Below the pieces are notes generated by a model that was not told the DNA's origin, ran no database searches, and worked only from the letters and a program-made list of their open reading frames with translations. From NCBI GenBank assembly GCA_030641225.1, contig DAOWHW010000041.1, positions 1 through 14,988 on the forward strand: DNA of 14,988 nt, read 5' to 3'. Positions 7,275 to 14,799 of the stretch are shown one piece after another. Position 1 is the first letter of the stretch. Each line of letters opens with the position of its first letter. The position numbers and the translations under genes are program-made. The DNA is from an archaeon. Lineage in GTDB: Archaea; Nanobdellota; Nanobdellia; Pacearchaeales; UBA284.

Positions 7275-8558
7275 ATGGCAGAAAAATCAAATTTCAATAT
7301 TGTGTTCATAGGACACGTTGATCATGGAAAAAGTACAGCAATCGGAAGAATGTTTTACGAGACTGGAAAGTTTACTGAGCAAGAACTCCAAAAGATGAAA
7401 GATATTGCAGAAAAGTTAGGCAAGAAGGGATTTGAATTTGCATTTGTTATGGACAGATTTAAAGAAGAACGTGAAAGAGGACTTACTATTGACTTAGCAT
7501 ATAGAAAGATTGTTACACAAAAATATAGTGTAACTGTTATTGATGCACCAGGTCATAGAGATTTTGTTAAGAATATGATTACTGGAACATCTCAGGCAGA
7601 TGCTGCTATACTTGTAATAGCTGTCCAGCATGGTGTTATGGCTCAAACTAAAGAGCACATATGGCTTGCTAGAACAATGGGTGTAAGTCAAATCGCTGTT
7701 CTAATTAATCAAATGGATACAGTTAATTATGACGAAGCAAAATATAAAAAAGTTGTTGAGGATGTCACAACACTTCTTAAAACAGCTGGTTATAAAACCG
7801 ACAGCATGAATTTTATTCCAGCAAGTGCTTTTGTCGGTGATAATATTACAAAGAAATCAGAAAAATTGTCTTGGTATAAAGGTCCAACACTTCTTGAACA
7901 GTTTGATCTTTTTAGTGAACCAAAGAAACCAACAGATATGCCACTTAGGATGCCTATTCAGGATGTTTATAGTATTACTGGAATAGGTACTGTTCCAGTC
8001 GGAAAGATTGAAACAGGAAAGATAAGACCTGGTGATAAAATCATTGTATTGCCAGGAAAAAGTGGAAAAGGCATTAGTGGAGAAGTTAAAAGTGTAGAGG
8101 CACATCATGAACAGCTTTCAGAGGCCATAGCAGGAGATAATGTAGGAGTTAATGTTAGAGGAATAGGAAAACAAGATATTACAAGAGGAGATGTTATTGC
8201 TGGTATAGATAAACCTCCAGCAATTGTTGAGGAATTTACAGCGCAAATAGCAGTAATTAATCATCCAACTGTTATTGCAAAAGGCTATACTCCTGTATTA
8301 CATATTCATACAGCACAAGTACCAGCCCAATTTGTCGAGCTACAAAAAACACTTGATCCAAAAACTGGACAAGTAGCTAAAGAAAATCCAGATTTCCTAA
8401 AAAACGGAGATGTAGCTATAATTAAAATAAAGCCACTTAAACCTCTAGTAATAGAAAAACAATCTGAAAATCCACATATGGCAAGATTTGCTGTAAGAGA
8501 TGCTGGTCAAACAGTAGCTGCAGGAGTCTGTATTGATTTAGTTCCAAAAAAATTCTAG
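7275..8558 (+). CDS. tuf: Translation elongation factor 1-alpha (archaeal EF-Tu)
   Basis: [48 protein letters not shown], domain II/III conservation. The ATG at 7275 is preferred over the listed TTG at 7269 because EF-1alpha begins near (M)[19 protein letters not shown]. Confidence 0.96.
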   Translation: MAEKSNFNIVFIGHVDHGKSTAIGRMFYETGKFTEQELQKMKDIAEKLGKKGFEFAFVMDRFKEERERGLTIDLAYRKIVTQKYSVTVIDAPGHRDFVKNMITGTSQADAAILVIAVQHGVMAQTKEHIWLARTMGVSQIAVLINQMDTVNYDEAKYKKVVEDVTTLLKTAGYKTDSMNFIPASAFVGDNITKKSEKLSWYKGPTLLEQFDLFSEPKKPTDMPLRMPIQDVYSITGIGTVPVGKIETGKIRPGDKIIVLPGKSGKGISGEVKSVEAHHEQLSEAIAGDNVGVNVRGIGKQDITRGDVIAGIDKPPAIVEEFTAQIAVINHPTVIAKGYTPVLHIHTAQVPAQFVELQKTLDPKTGQVAKENPDFLKNGDVAIIKIKPLKPLVIEKQSENPHMARFAVRDAGQTVAAGVCIDLVPKKF

Positions 8559-8562
8559 TAAG

Positions 8563-9789
8563 TTAAAAACTTAACAATTCAATTTTGTCTGAAGTTGTTG
8601 CAAAATTTCTTGCCACAATGTATTGACAATTTATTTTTTCTGCAGCTTTGATTATTGAATATGTAACTGTAATATCCATTACTAGGGCAAGAACTTTTTT
8701 ATTTCTCTTTTTCAGCCAATATAAAGTTCTAGTAATTTCACTTGAAGAAACTTTTTTAATAATTTTTAATTCAAAGTCAATCATTAAGATATTTTTTGTT
8801 CCTCTGATTTGGTCAAGATAATCTTTTAAAATATCTTTATCTTGTTCATTTAATTCTCGTGGCTTTTGCTCTTCTTTTTCTATCTTTTCTTCTTTTATGA
8901 ATCTTCTTGTAGTTTTTGCTTTTGTACTTTTAGGCATGATTCTACTTTTTAAATTCTTTTTCATATATTTTTTTATAAATTCATCAATACCTAATTTGTT
9001 TCTCAAACAAATTATTATCTCTTTCTCTGTAAGCTCTTCAACTTCTTTTCCATCAGGAGCTCTTGCAATAAAGTCAATATTTGTAGTATTAATTGCATCT
9101 GTAGCAATAAGTATACCGCCTCTGTCACCATCTACAAATAATACTGCTTCTTTTTTCTTGCTAAGTTCTTTGACAGTTCTTGGGATTACTGTTCCATTCA
9201 TTGCTATAGCATTTTTTAAACTATATCTTAAAAGATTAAGAACATCTGCACGCCCTTCTACTATAATTATTTCTTTTGTTTTATCAATATCAGGACCTGC
9301 AGGCAGTAATTCACGACCATATTCTTTAATTCTAGAAGTTCTTGCATGATTCACGATGTCTCTTTCTATCTCTTTAAGTTCAGGAACATTTCCATTCAGT
9401 TTTTCTAAAAGTTTTTTTGCTCTCTCGACAATATACTCTCTCTTACCACTTCTAACATCTTCAATATTTTTAATTTCAAATTTTGCATCGCAAGGTCCTA
9501 CTCTATCAATAGTTTCAATAGCAGCAGCAATGATTGTAGTTTCAGCTTTATCTATAGAAGTAGGTATCTCTATAGCCCCAATAGTTTTTGATTCCTTAAC
9601 TTCTAGAGTTGCATTTATTCTACCAATTTTACCTTTCTTTTGAAGTTCTCGGAGCTCTAGCTCTTCTCCTAAAAGTCCTTCTGTTTGGCCAAAAATAGCT
9701 CCAATAACATCAGGCTTTTCAACGACACCCTCAGCAACAAACTGAGCATTAATAATATATTTAATTGATGGGGGACTAACTTTTCCCAT
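8563..9789 (-). CDS. dnaG: Archaeal DnaG-type primase (Toprim)
   Basis: IIIVEGRADVLNLLRY and VDGDRGG Toprim motifs; N-terminal KYIINAQFVAEGVVEKPDVIGAIFGQTEGLLGEELELRELQKKGKIGRI typical of archaeal DnaG. Internal start at 9789 (MGKVSPPSIKYI) is preceded by GGAGG (complement at 9796-9800), so the 9825 start is less likely. Confidence 0.95.
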   Translation of the reverse strand: MGKVSPPSIKYIINAQFVAEGVVEKPDVIGAIFGQTEGLLGEELELRELQKKGKIGRINATLEVKESKTIGAIEIPTSIDKAETTIIAAAIETIDRVGPCDAKFEIKNIEDVRSGKREYIVERAKKLLEKLNGNVPELKEIERDIVNHARTSRIKEYGRELLPAGPDIDKTKEIIIVEGRADVLNLLRYSLKNAIAMNGTVIPRTVKELSKKKEAVLFVDGDRGGILIATDAINTTNIDFIARAPDGKEVEELTEKEIIICLRNKLGIDEFIKKYMKKNLKSRIMPKSTKAKTTRRFIKEEKIEKEEQKPRELNEQDKDILKDYLDQIRGTKNILMIDFELKIIKKVSSSEITRTLYWLKKRNKKVLALVMDITVTYSIIKAAEKINCQYIVARNFATTSDKIELLSF

Positions 9790-9795
9790 TTTTAA

Positions 9796-9800
9796 CCTCC
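9796..9800 (-). promoter_or_regulatory. Shine-Dalgarno for dnaG
   Basis: Minus strand reads GGAGGTTAAAAATGGG. Confidence 0.65.
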
Positions 9801-10018
9801 AAGAAGAATCATTAATACTATCCACACAATCTATTAATTATAAACTATACTAAATTACCAATTTTTTAATAAAATAATTATTGGTTGATTAGTCTTTTGA
9901 TATTAATCTTAATGTGATGTGTGAAATGTGATTCCTCTGATATGTTATTTATTTTTTGATTTATTTATATATGATTTTTAATTTTTGATTTATTATAATA
10001 GTTATAATGGAAAAGAGT

Positions 10019-10026
10019 ATTTAAAG
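10019..10026 (+). promoter_or_regulatory. TATA-like element upstream of the 196 aa orphan gene
   Basis: TATTTAAA, 25 nt before an ATG at 10051. A second TATATTTAAA-like element lies at about 10086-10095. Confidence 0.35.
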
Positions 10027-10110
10027 GTTTTGGTGTTATTACTCCTAAATGATTAAAAAAGAAAGATTTTTAAAGCTATTTTTATATTTAAAATAGTGAA
10101 AAATTAAAAA

Positions 10111-10701
10111 ATGAAAGTAACAAAATTACATTATATTTTTTTTAAAAGGAGAAAAGGACCTAAATCAAATATAGATTTCTTAATAGTTCCTAGCTTATTA
10201 GCAAGGGCACTCTGGAACCCAATAGATTACCAAAAAAGAATTAATGGAATTGAATTATGTGATTTTATTGATGATAACTTAATAATAAATATTGAGAAAA
10301 CGAAAGAAGAAAGAAAAAAACTTATCTTGAGATCACCTAAGATAATAGGCTTAAATACAGAAGAAAAAGTACGACTTTTTGTTAAAACAGATTGTTTTGA
10401 AGAATTAATATATAAAGAGTTTGATGGCCACTTAATTAAGCCATTTACACAATACGATTATATTTGTAAGTCTATTGTAGCCTCAACATATCTTAATTTA
10501 TCAAAAAATGACTTTCAAGCATTAAAGAATTCAGGTAAATTAGGTGTTTATAGGTCTTATTATTTATCACATTTTCAGAAGAAGACTAAAGATTTGCATA
10601 CCTTAAAATATCCAAAAAAAAGATGTGGTGCACAATTTTTTTTATTAGAGGAATTAAATAAATTTAGACCAAAAAATCTCCCACAGAAAGTTTTGGATTA
10701 A
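10111..10701 (+). CDS. Uncharacterised 196 aa protein
   Basis: Open frame of 196 codons on its own strand with a dedicated AT-rich upstream region. Non-low-complexity composition with Trp, Cys, His and Arg suggests real coding. No family recognised. Confidence 0.65.
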   Translation: MKVTKLHYIFFKRRKGPKSNIDFLIVPSLLARALWNPIDYQKRINGIELCDFIDDNLIINIEKTKEERKKLILRSPKIIGLNTEEKVRLFVKTDCFEELIYKEFDGHLIKPFTQYDYICKSIVASTYLNLSKNDFQALKNSGKLGVYRSYYLSHFQKKTKDLHTLKYPKKRCGAQFFLLEELNKFRPKNLPQKVLD

Positions 10702-11950
10702 ATTCGCCAGCCAGATTTTTTGTCATTAATTCTTTAACCTTGTTTTTATTCTTTTCTTTTCCTAAAAGCCAGCCTAATTTTATATAAGCTGTTTCTGGTA
10801 ACATATCTTTAAGAAAGATAACTCCAGCATCTTTGAGTTTTCTTCCTGGAGCATAAACAAGAGGATCTAATGTGCCATAAATAGTTTGAGGAGCAAAGCA
10901 AACTATTATTCCCGATTTAATTAATTTCTTTATTGGCTCAAGCCAAGAATTTTTTTCTTCTGTAGCAACATGTCCTAATCCAGTTGCTTCAATTATTAGA
11001 CCTTTATATTTTTGTTTTTTATAGAAGTCAAGAATATCTGGCAAAGAATTGGGATACCACTTTATTAATGCAATTTTATTGTCGAATGTTGCTTGGCAAT
11101 TAACTTTCTTTTTTTCATCTCTTTTTTTGTATGTAGAATGTTTTTCAATTTTATCTTCCCAAATTGTTGCTATTGGTTTTGTATTAATTGGCCTGAATGT
11201 ATCTCTTCTTGATGTATGCATTTTTCTTGTTTTTGTTCCTCTTAATGCAAAACAAAAATTGTCATTTGTTGTAGCATGTCCTACTAACATGACTTCAGCT
11301 ATATCGCTGATAGCTACCTGAGCTGCACATGTTAGGTTAAGAAGGGCATCAGTACTGCCTCTATCAATACTTCTTTGAGAATATGTTAATACTACTGGCT
11401 TGTTTAGATCTTTAAGCATGAAAGAAAGTGCAGCAGCTGTATAATGAAGAATATCAGTTCCTTGCAAAATAATAATGCCTTTATTTTCTTTTTTATTGAG
11501 CAATTTTTCACATAATTTGGCTAGAGCAATCCAGTGTTTACTATTTAGATTCTCACTGGCAACAAGAAATGGTTTTTCTATTATTGTTATTTTTGCTATT
11601 TCTTGAATTTTTGGTGCTAATGCTATAATGTCTTCTGGTTTTGTTAAAGGCTTGACTCCACCAGTTTCATAATCTATTCTTGAAGTTATTGTGCCGCCTG
11701 TAACAATAATAGCTATTCCAGGAAGATTTGTTTTTGGCTTTTTTGTTTTTGCTTTGAATTCTTGTTTTTTTTCTTTTGTTTTTATTTCTTGGATCTTTTT
11801 AATTTTGTTTTTTTCAATTCCAATGTTATAGCCGCTTGTAAGTTTTAGTAGAATGATTTTTGGATCATAAGAATGTAAAATTGTTCCTTGAATTTCTTCT
11901 GTTGCTGTTGTGATTTTTACTTTTTTTCCTTCTTTTATTCCCTTTTTCAT
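10664..11950 (-). CDS. gatD: Glutamyl-tRNA(Gln) amidotransferase subunit D (type I asparaginase-like)
   Basis: N-terminal SH3-like region, then IVTGGTITSRIDYETGGVKP, LQGTDILHYTAAALSFML, SQRSIDRGSTDA, SDIAEVMLVGHATTNDN, RKMHTSRRDTFRPIN, GLGHV. Confidence 0.93.
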   Translation of the reverse strand: MKKGIKEGKKVKITTATEEIQGTILHSYDPKIILLKLTSGYNIGIEKNKIKKIQEIKTKEKKQEFKAKTKKPKTNLPGIAIIVTGGTITSRIDYETGGVKPLTKPEDIIALAPKIQEIAKITIIEKPFLVASENLNSKHWIALAKLCEKLLNKKENKGIIILQGTDILHYTAAALSFMLKDLNKPVVLTYSQRSIDRGSTDALLNLTCAAQVAISDIAEVMLVGHATTNDNFCFALRGTKTRKMHTSRRDTFRPINTKPIATIWEDKIEKHSTYKKRDEKKKVNCQATFDNKIALIKWYPNSLPDILDFYKKQKYKGLIIEATGLGHVATEEKNSWLEPIKKLIKSGIIVCFAPQTIYGTLDPLVYAPGRKLKDAGVIFLKDMLPETAYIKLGWLLGKEKNKNKVKELMTKNLAGEFNPKLSVGDFLV

Positions 11951-12103
11951 AAAAAAAACTATGAGTTAGAATATAAAAAACTTTCCACATAAAAAATCCA
12001 TTAAAATTATTATTGAATTCTAAAATATATATTAGAAAATAATAGTTAACTTGCAATAATGTATTTAAATAAAAATTACTCTACCTATTTAATTAATTTA
12101 TTT

Positions 12104-12144
12104 AAAATTATTCGACTTTCGGGGGAAAGTCGTCGAATAATTTT
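12104..12144. repeat. Long imperfect inverted repeat / hairpin in the gatD-ftsZ divergent intergenic region
   Basis: AAAATTATTC-GACTTTC-(GGGG)-GAAAGTC-gtc bulge-GAATAATTTT: 10 + 7 bp stem with a 3-nt bulge and a G4 loop. Confidence 0.85.
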
Positions 12145-12205
12145 GTTCTGAATACTTTCTATTTAGTTTTATCTCTTTTTCTTCAATTAAAATAAGTCGC
12201 ACACA

Positions 12206-12213
12206 TATTTAAA
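12206..12213 (+). promoter_or_regulatory. TATA box for ftsZ
   Basis: TATTTAAA about 70 nt upstream of the ftsZ ATG, flanked by CACACA (12200-12205) and TGTGTG (12222-12227). Confidence 0.5.
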
Positions 12214-12279
12214 CTTTTCGCTGTGTGGCTTATTAATTTAACAAATAAAAAATTGGATAAGAACCAAAAGGAGAGAAAA

Positions 12280-13359
12280 ATGCCTATAGATTTTGCAAAA
12301 GAGGCTGTACAGGGAGCTGACAGATATGGAATTAATTTTGATGAACTTAAAGCAGGAAGGGCAACTATCAAAGTGATTGGAGTTGGTGGAGCTGGTTGTA
12401 ATGCTATAACATGGCTTTTTAACAAAGGTATTCAAGGTGCAAGTGTTTATGCAGCTAATACCGATGCCTTACATCTTTCTGTTAGTAAGGCTGATGAAAA
12501 GATACTCATTGGTAAGGAACTTACAAGAGGACTTGGTTGTGGAGGATATCCTGAAAAAGGTCGTGAAGCAGCCAAAGAAGCTATTGTTGAACTGAAAAAA
12601 GCAATCAGTGGATCTGACATGTGTTTTATTGTAGCAGGAATGGGCGGCGGTACAGGAACAGGCGCATCACCAATTATTGCACAACTTGCCAAAGAAATTG
12701 GGGCAGTTACAATAGGAGTTATAACAATGCCTTTTGAGACAGAGAGAGCTAGAATTGATAAAGCAGAATTTGGACTTCAACAGTTAAGAGAAATTACTGA
12801 TACTGCGATTGTAATTGACAATAATAGACTAGTAGATATTGCAGGAAACCTACCAGTTGAGCAAGCATTTGCCGTAGCAAATGAGCTTATTAGCACAATG
12901 ATTAAAGGTATTGTCGAGACAATAACAGTCCCTAGTTTAATTAACCTAGATTACGCAGATGTAAGCGCAATTATGAAAAACGGAGATGTAGCTGTAATTG
13001 GTATTGGCGAGAGTGACACACAGAACAGAGTAGAAGAAGCAGTGAAACAAGCTTTGTCGCACCCATTACTTGATATTGAGTATAAAGGAGCAACAGGTGC
13101 TTTGATTCATGTCATTTGCGGTGAAGATCTTAAGCTTGAGGAACTCAATAATATTGGTGAATTGATTGTGGAGAATCTAAGTCCAGATGCACAAGTGATT
13201 CTTGGAGCAAGAATTAACAGAGAATTTAAAGGAAGAGTCAGAGTTATCACAATTGTTACAGGAGTAAAAAGTCCTTATGTGCTTGGAAGACCAAAGTCAC
13301 CAGAATCAGTTCCAGTACCAGTAATGTCAGACCTAGGGGTGGAATTTTTCCACAGCTAA
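12280..13359 (+). CDS. ftsZ: Cell division protein FtsZ (archaeal type)
   Basis: IKVIGVGGAGCNAI, AANTDALHL, AGMGGGTGTGASPI (tubulin signature), ETERARIDKAE, VDIAGNLPVEQAF, NLDYADVSAIM (T7 loop). The ATG at 12280 is preceded by GGAG at 12270-12273, so the listed start at 12223 is too early. Confidence 0.97.
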   Translation: MPIDFAKEAVQGADRYGINFDELKAGRATIKVIGVGGAGCNAITWLFNKGIQGASVYAANTDALHLSVSKADEKILIGKELTRGLGCGGYPEKGREAAKEAIVELKKAISGSDMCFIVAGMGGGTGTGASPIIAQLAKEIGAVTIGVITMPFETERARIDKAEFGLQQLREITDTAIVIDNNRLVDIAGNLPVEQAFAVANELISTMIKGIVETITVPSLINLDYADVSAIMKNGDVAVIGIGESDTQNRVEEAVKQALSHPLLDIEYKGATGALIHVICGEDLKLEELNNIGELIVENLSPDAQVILGARINREFKGRVRVITIVTGVKSPYVLGRPKSPESVPVPVMSDLGVEFFHS

Positions 13360-13424
13360 AAACTAAAAAAAACTAAAAAAATAATTTATTTCATTTCATG
13401 TTCCCCTTAGCCTTTTGGGTTCTC

Positions 13425-13466
13425 GGCTAGCTCTCTCACGAGGGCTAGCCTTTTTTTTCTTTTTTA
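13425..13466 (+). terminator. Intrinsic-terminator-like hairpin plus T tract downstream of ftsZ
   Basis: GGCTAGCTCTC-TCAC-GAGGGCTAGCC (11 bp stem including one G.U, tetraloop) followed immediately by TTTTTTTTCTTTTTTT-like sequence. Confidence 0.85.
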
Positions 13467-13522
13467 GGAAAATTCTAACAAAATAAAATAGAAATATGAT
13501 TCTCTAAAATAATACTTTAAAC

Positions 13523-14125
13523 TTACTCAGCATCTATTAGATTTTTTTGTCTTTCTTCTTCAGCCTTAATTATTGAATCTCTATGCTCTTTCATTTGAGC
13601 AGCCTCTCTTGGATTTCCAATTTTTTCATAAAGGAAAGAAAGTTTATCATAAATTTCAAGAATTGTCTGCATGGGGATTTTTAGTGCCAGCGCTCTTGTA
13701 TAAGCTTTAATTGCTTTAGTATAATGCCTTGCTTTTTCATAATTTTGAGCTTGTTGCAGGTAAAGATTATTTATTTTTTCTTGAAATACTTGCTTCTGTT
13801 CACTTGTTGCAAGAACAACAACTTTTCTAAAATTATCATCTGCATGAAAGTATTCACCTACTTGAAGAAACATGACTCCTGATTTAAAGTAGAGATCTAT
13901 TTTTTCTCTAAATGTTGCTGCTAGATCTGCAGCAATATTATAATTTTTTGCCGCAGTATTATACCATTTCATATTTTTGTGTAATTCTGCCATTAATGAA
14001 AGGGCAAGAATTTTAACTTCAGTTGGCATCCCTTTTTTGATTTCTCCTTCTAGGTATTCTATTTTCCTTTGATTTGTTTGATACTGCCTTATTCCTAAAA
14101 ATAATTCATCTTTTGTTTGTACCAT
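13523..14125 (-). CDS. TPR-repeat-like protein
   Basis: Repeated helix-turn-helix pattern such as HKNMKWYNTAAKNYNIAADLA, FLQVGEYFHADDNFRKVVVLA, QNYEKARHYTKAIKAYTRALALK, FLYEKIGNPREAAQMKEH. Confidence 0.75.
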   Translation of the reverse strand: MVQTKDELFLGIRQYQTNQRKIEYLEGEIKKGMPTEVKILALSLMAELHKNMKWYNTAAKNYNIAADLAATFREKIDLYFKSGVMFLQVGEYFHADDNFRKVVVLATSEQKQVFQEKINNLYLQQAQNYEKARHYTKAIKAYTRALALKIPMQTILEIYDKLSFLYEKIGNPREAAQMKEHRDSIIKAEEERQKNLIDAE

Positions 14126-14154
14126 TTTTATTTTGTTTTTTCTTTTTTGGTTTT

Positions 14155-14712
14155 TTAAGCAGGAACTTTTTTTTCTGGTTTAGCTGTTTCTTGCCCCCAT
14201 TCTTCAAAATATAATATCATTTTGAGATCAGGTTTCTTTATTTCTCTTGGCTCTTCCATAGAATTTGCTATTGGTAATAAACATTCAATCTGAATATCAT
14301 CTGGAATTCTTAATATTCTTTTGATAGCATTTTGATCAAAAGCCCCAATCCAACATGATGCAAGTCCGAGATCAGTTGTTTTGAGCAACATATTTTGTAT
14401 AGCTGCACCTGCTTGTTGTCTTGCATAAGCTTCTGCCTTAGTGCTGTAAGTTCTTTTTAGCTGAGCGAGATTAGAACACACAACAATTATATAAGAGGCT
14501 TTAACAATAAATTCTTGGCCAAGAGCAGCTTCACTCAATTCTTGTTTCTTTTTTTCATCAGATACTATAATCAATTTTATTGTATAAATGTTGCCAGCCA
14601 TTGGAGCAAATCTTGCTGCTTCGCATATTTCTGTAATTTGATCAAAAGAAACTTTTTTCATCGAATATTTTCTAATACTATGCCTTTTTCTCATGACATT
14701 ATCAAAGTCCAT
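14155..14712 (-). CDS. Nitroreductase-family FMN oxidoreductase
   Basis: VMRKRHSIRKYSMKKV (RhSiRkY motif), ARFAPMAGN, AGAAIQNMLLKTTDLGLASCWIGAF. The listed start is 14733. The internal start at 14712 (MDFDNVMRKRHSIRKY) fits family N-termini and a minus-strand TATA-like TTTTATATT about 26 nt upstream. Confidence 0.88.
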   Translation of the reverse strand: MDFDNVMRKRHSIRKYSMKKVSFDQITEICEAARFAPMAGNIYTIKLIIVSDEKKKQELSEAALGQEFIVKASYIIVVCSNLAQLKRTYSTKAEAYARQQAGAAIQNMLLKTTDLGLASCWIGAFDQNAIKRILRIPDDIQIECLLPIANSMEEPREIKKPDLKMILYFEEWGQETAKPEKKVPA

Positions 14713-14799
14713 GAAAAATTTAGTAAAAGGCAATATAAAAATTTTATTGTTTTTATAGGAAAAAGAAAAATCTAAAAAAGCCTTCTTCTTTATTTTTTT

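Noticed and set aside
7494-8108. Minus-strand ORFs 7494..7691 and 7857..8108
   Set aside because: Antisense to EF-1alpha; Cys/Ser-rich translations typical of antisense coding.
8559-8575. TAAGTT-AAA-AACTTA small dyad between EF-1alpha and dnaG stops
   Set aside because: Short A/T-only stem, expected by chance in this composition. It may help convergent termination but is not supportable as a feature.
8897-9643. Plus-strand 150 aa and 95 aa ORFs that look membrane-like and Ser-rich
   Set aside because: Antisense to conserved dnaG; the hydrophobic character follows from reading Lys/Glu/Ile-rich coding DNA backwards.
11049-12056. ORFs 11049..11321 (+) and 11865..12056 (-)
   Set aside because: The first is antisense to gatD. 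The second is an out-of-frame ORF overlapping the gatD start with low-complexity KNHNSNRRNSRNN sequence.
12183-12692. Minus-strand ORFs 12183..12425, 12238..12435 and 12447..12692
   Set aside because: Antisense to the ftsZ 5' region.
14515-14775. Plus-strand 86 aa ORF
   Set aside because: Antisense to the nitroreductase; the real plus-strand gene starts at 14800.
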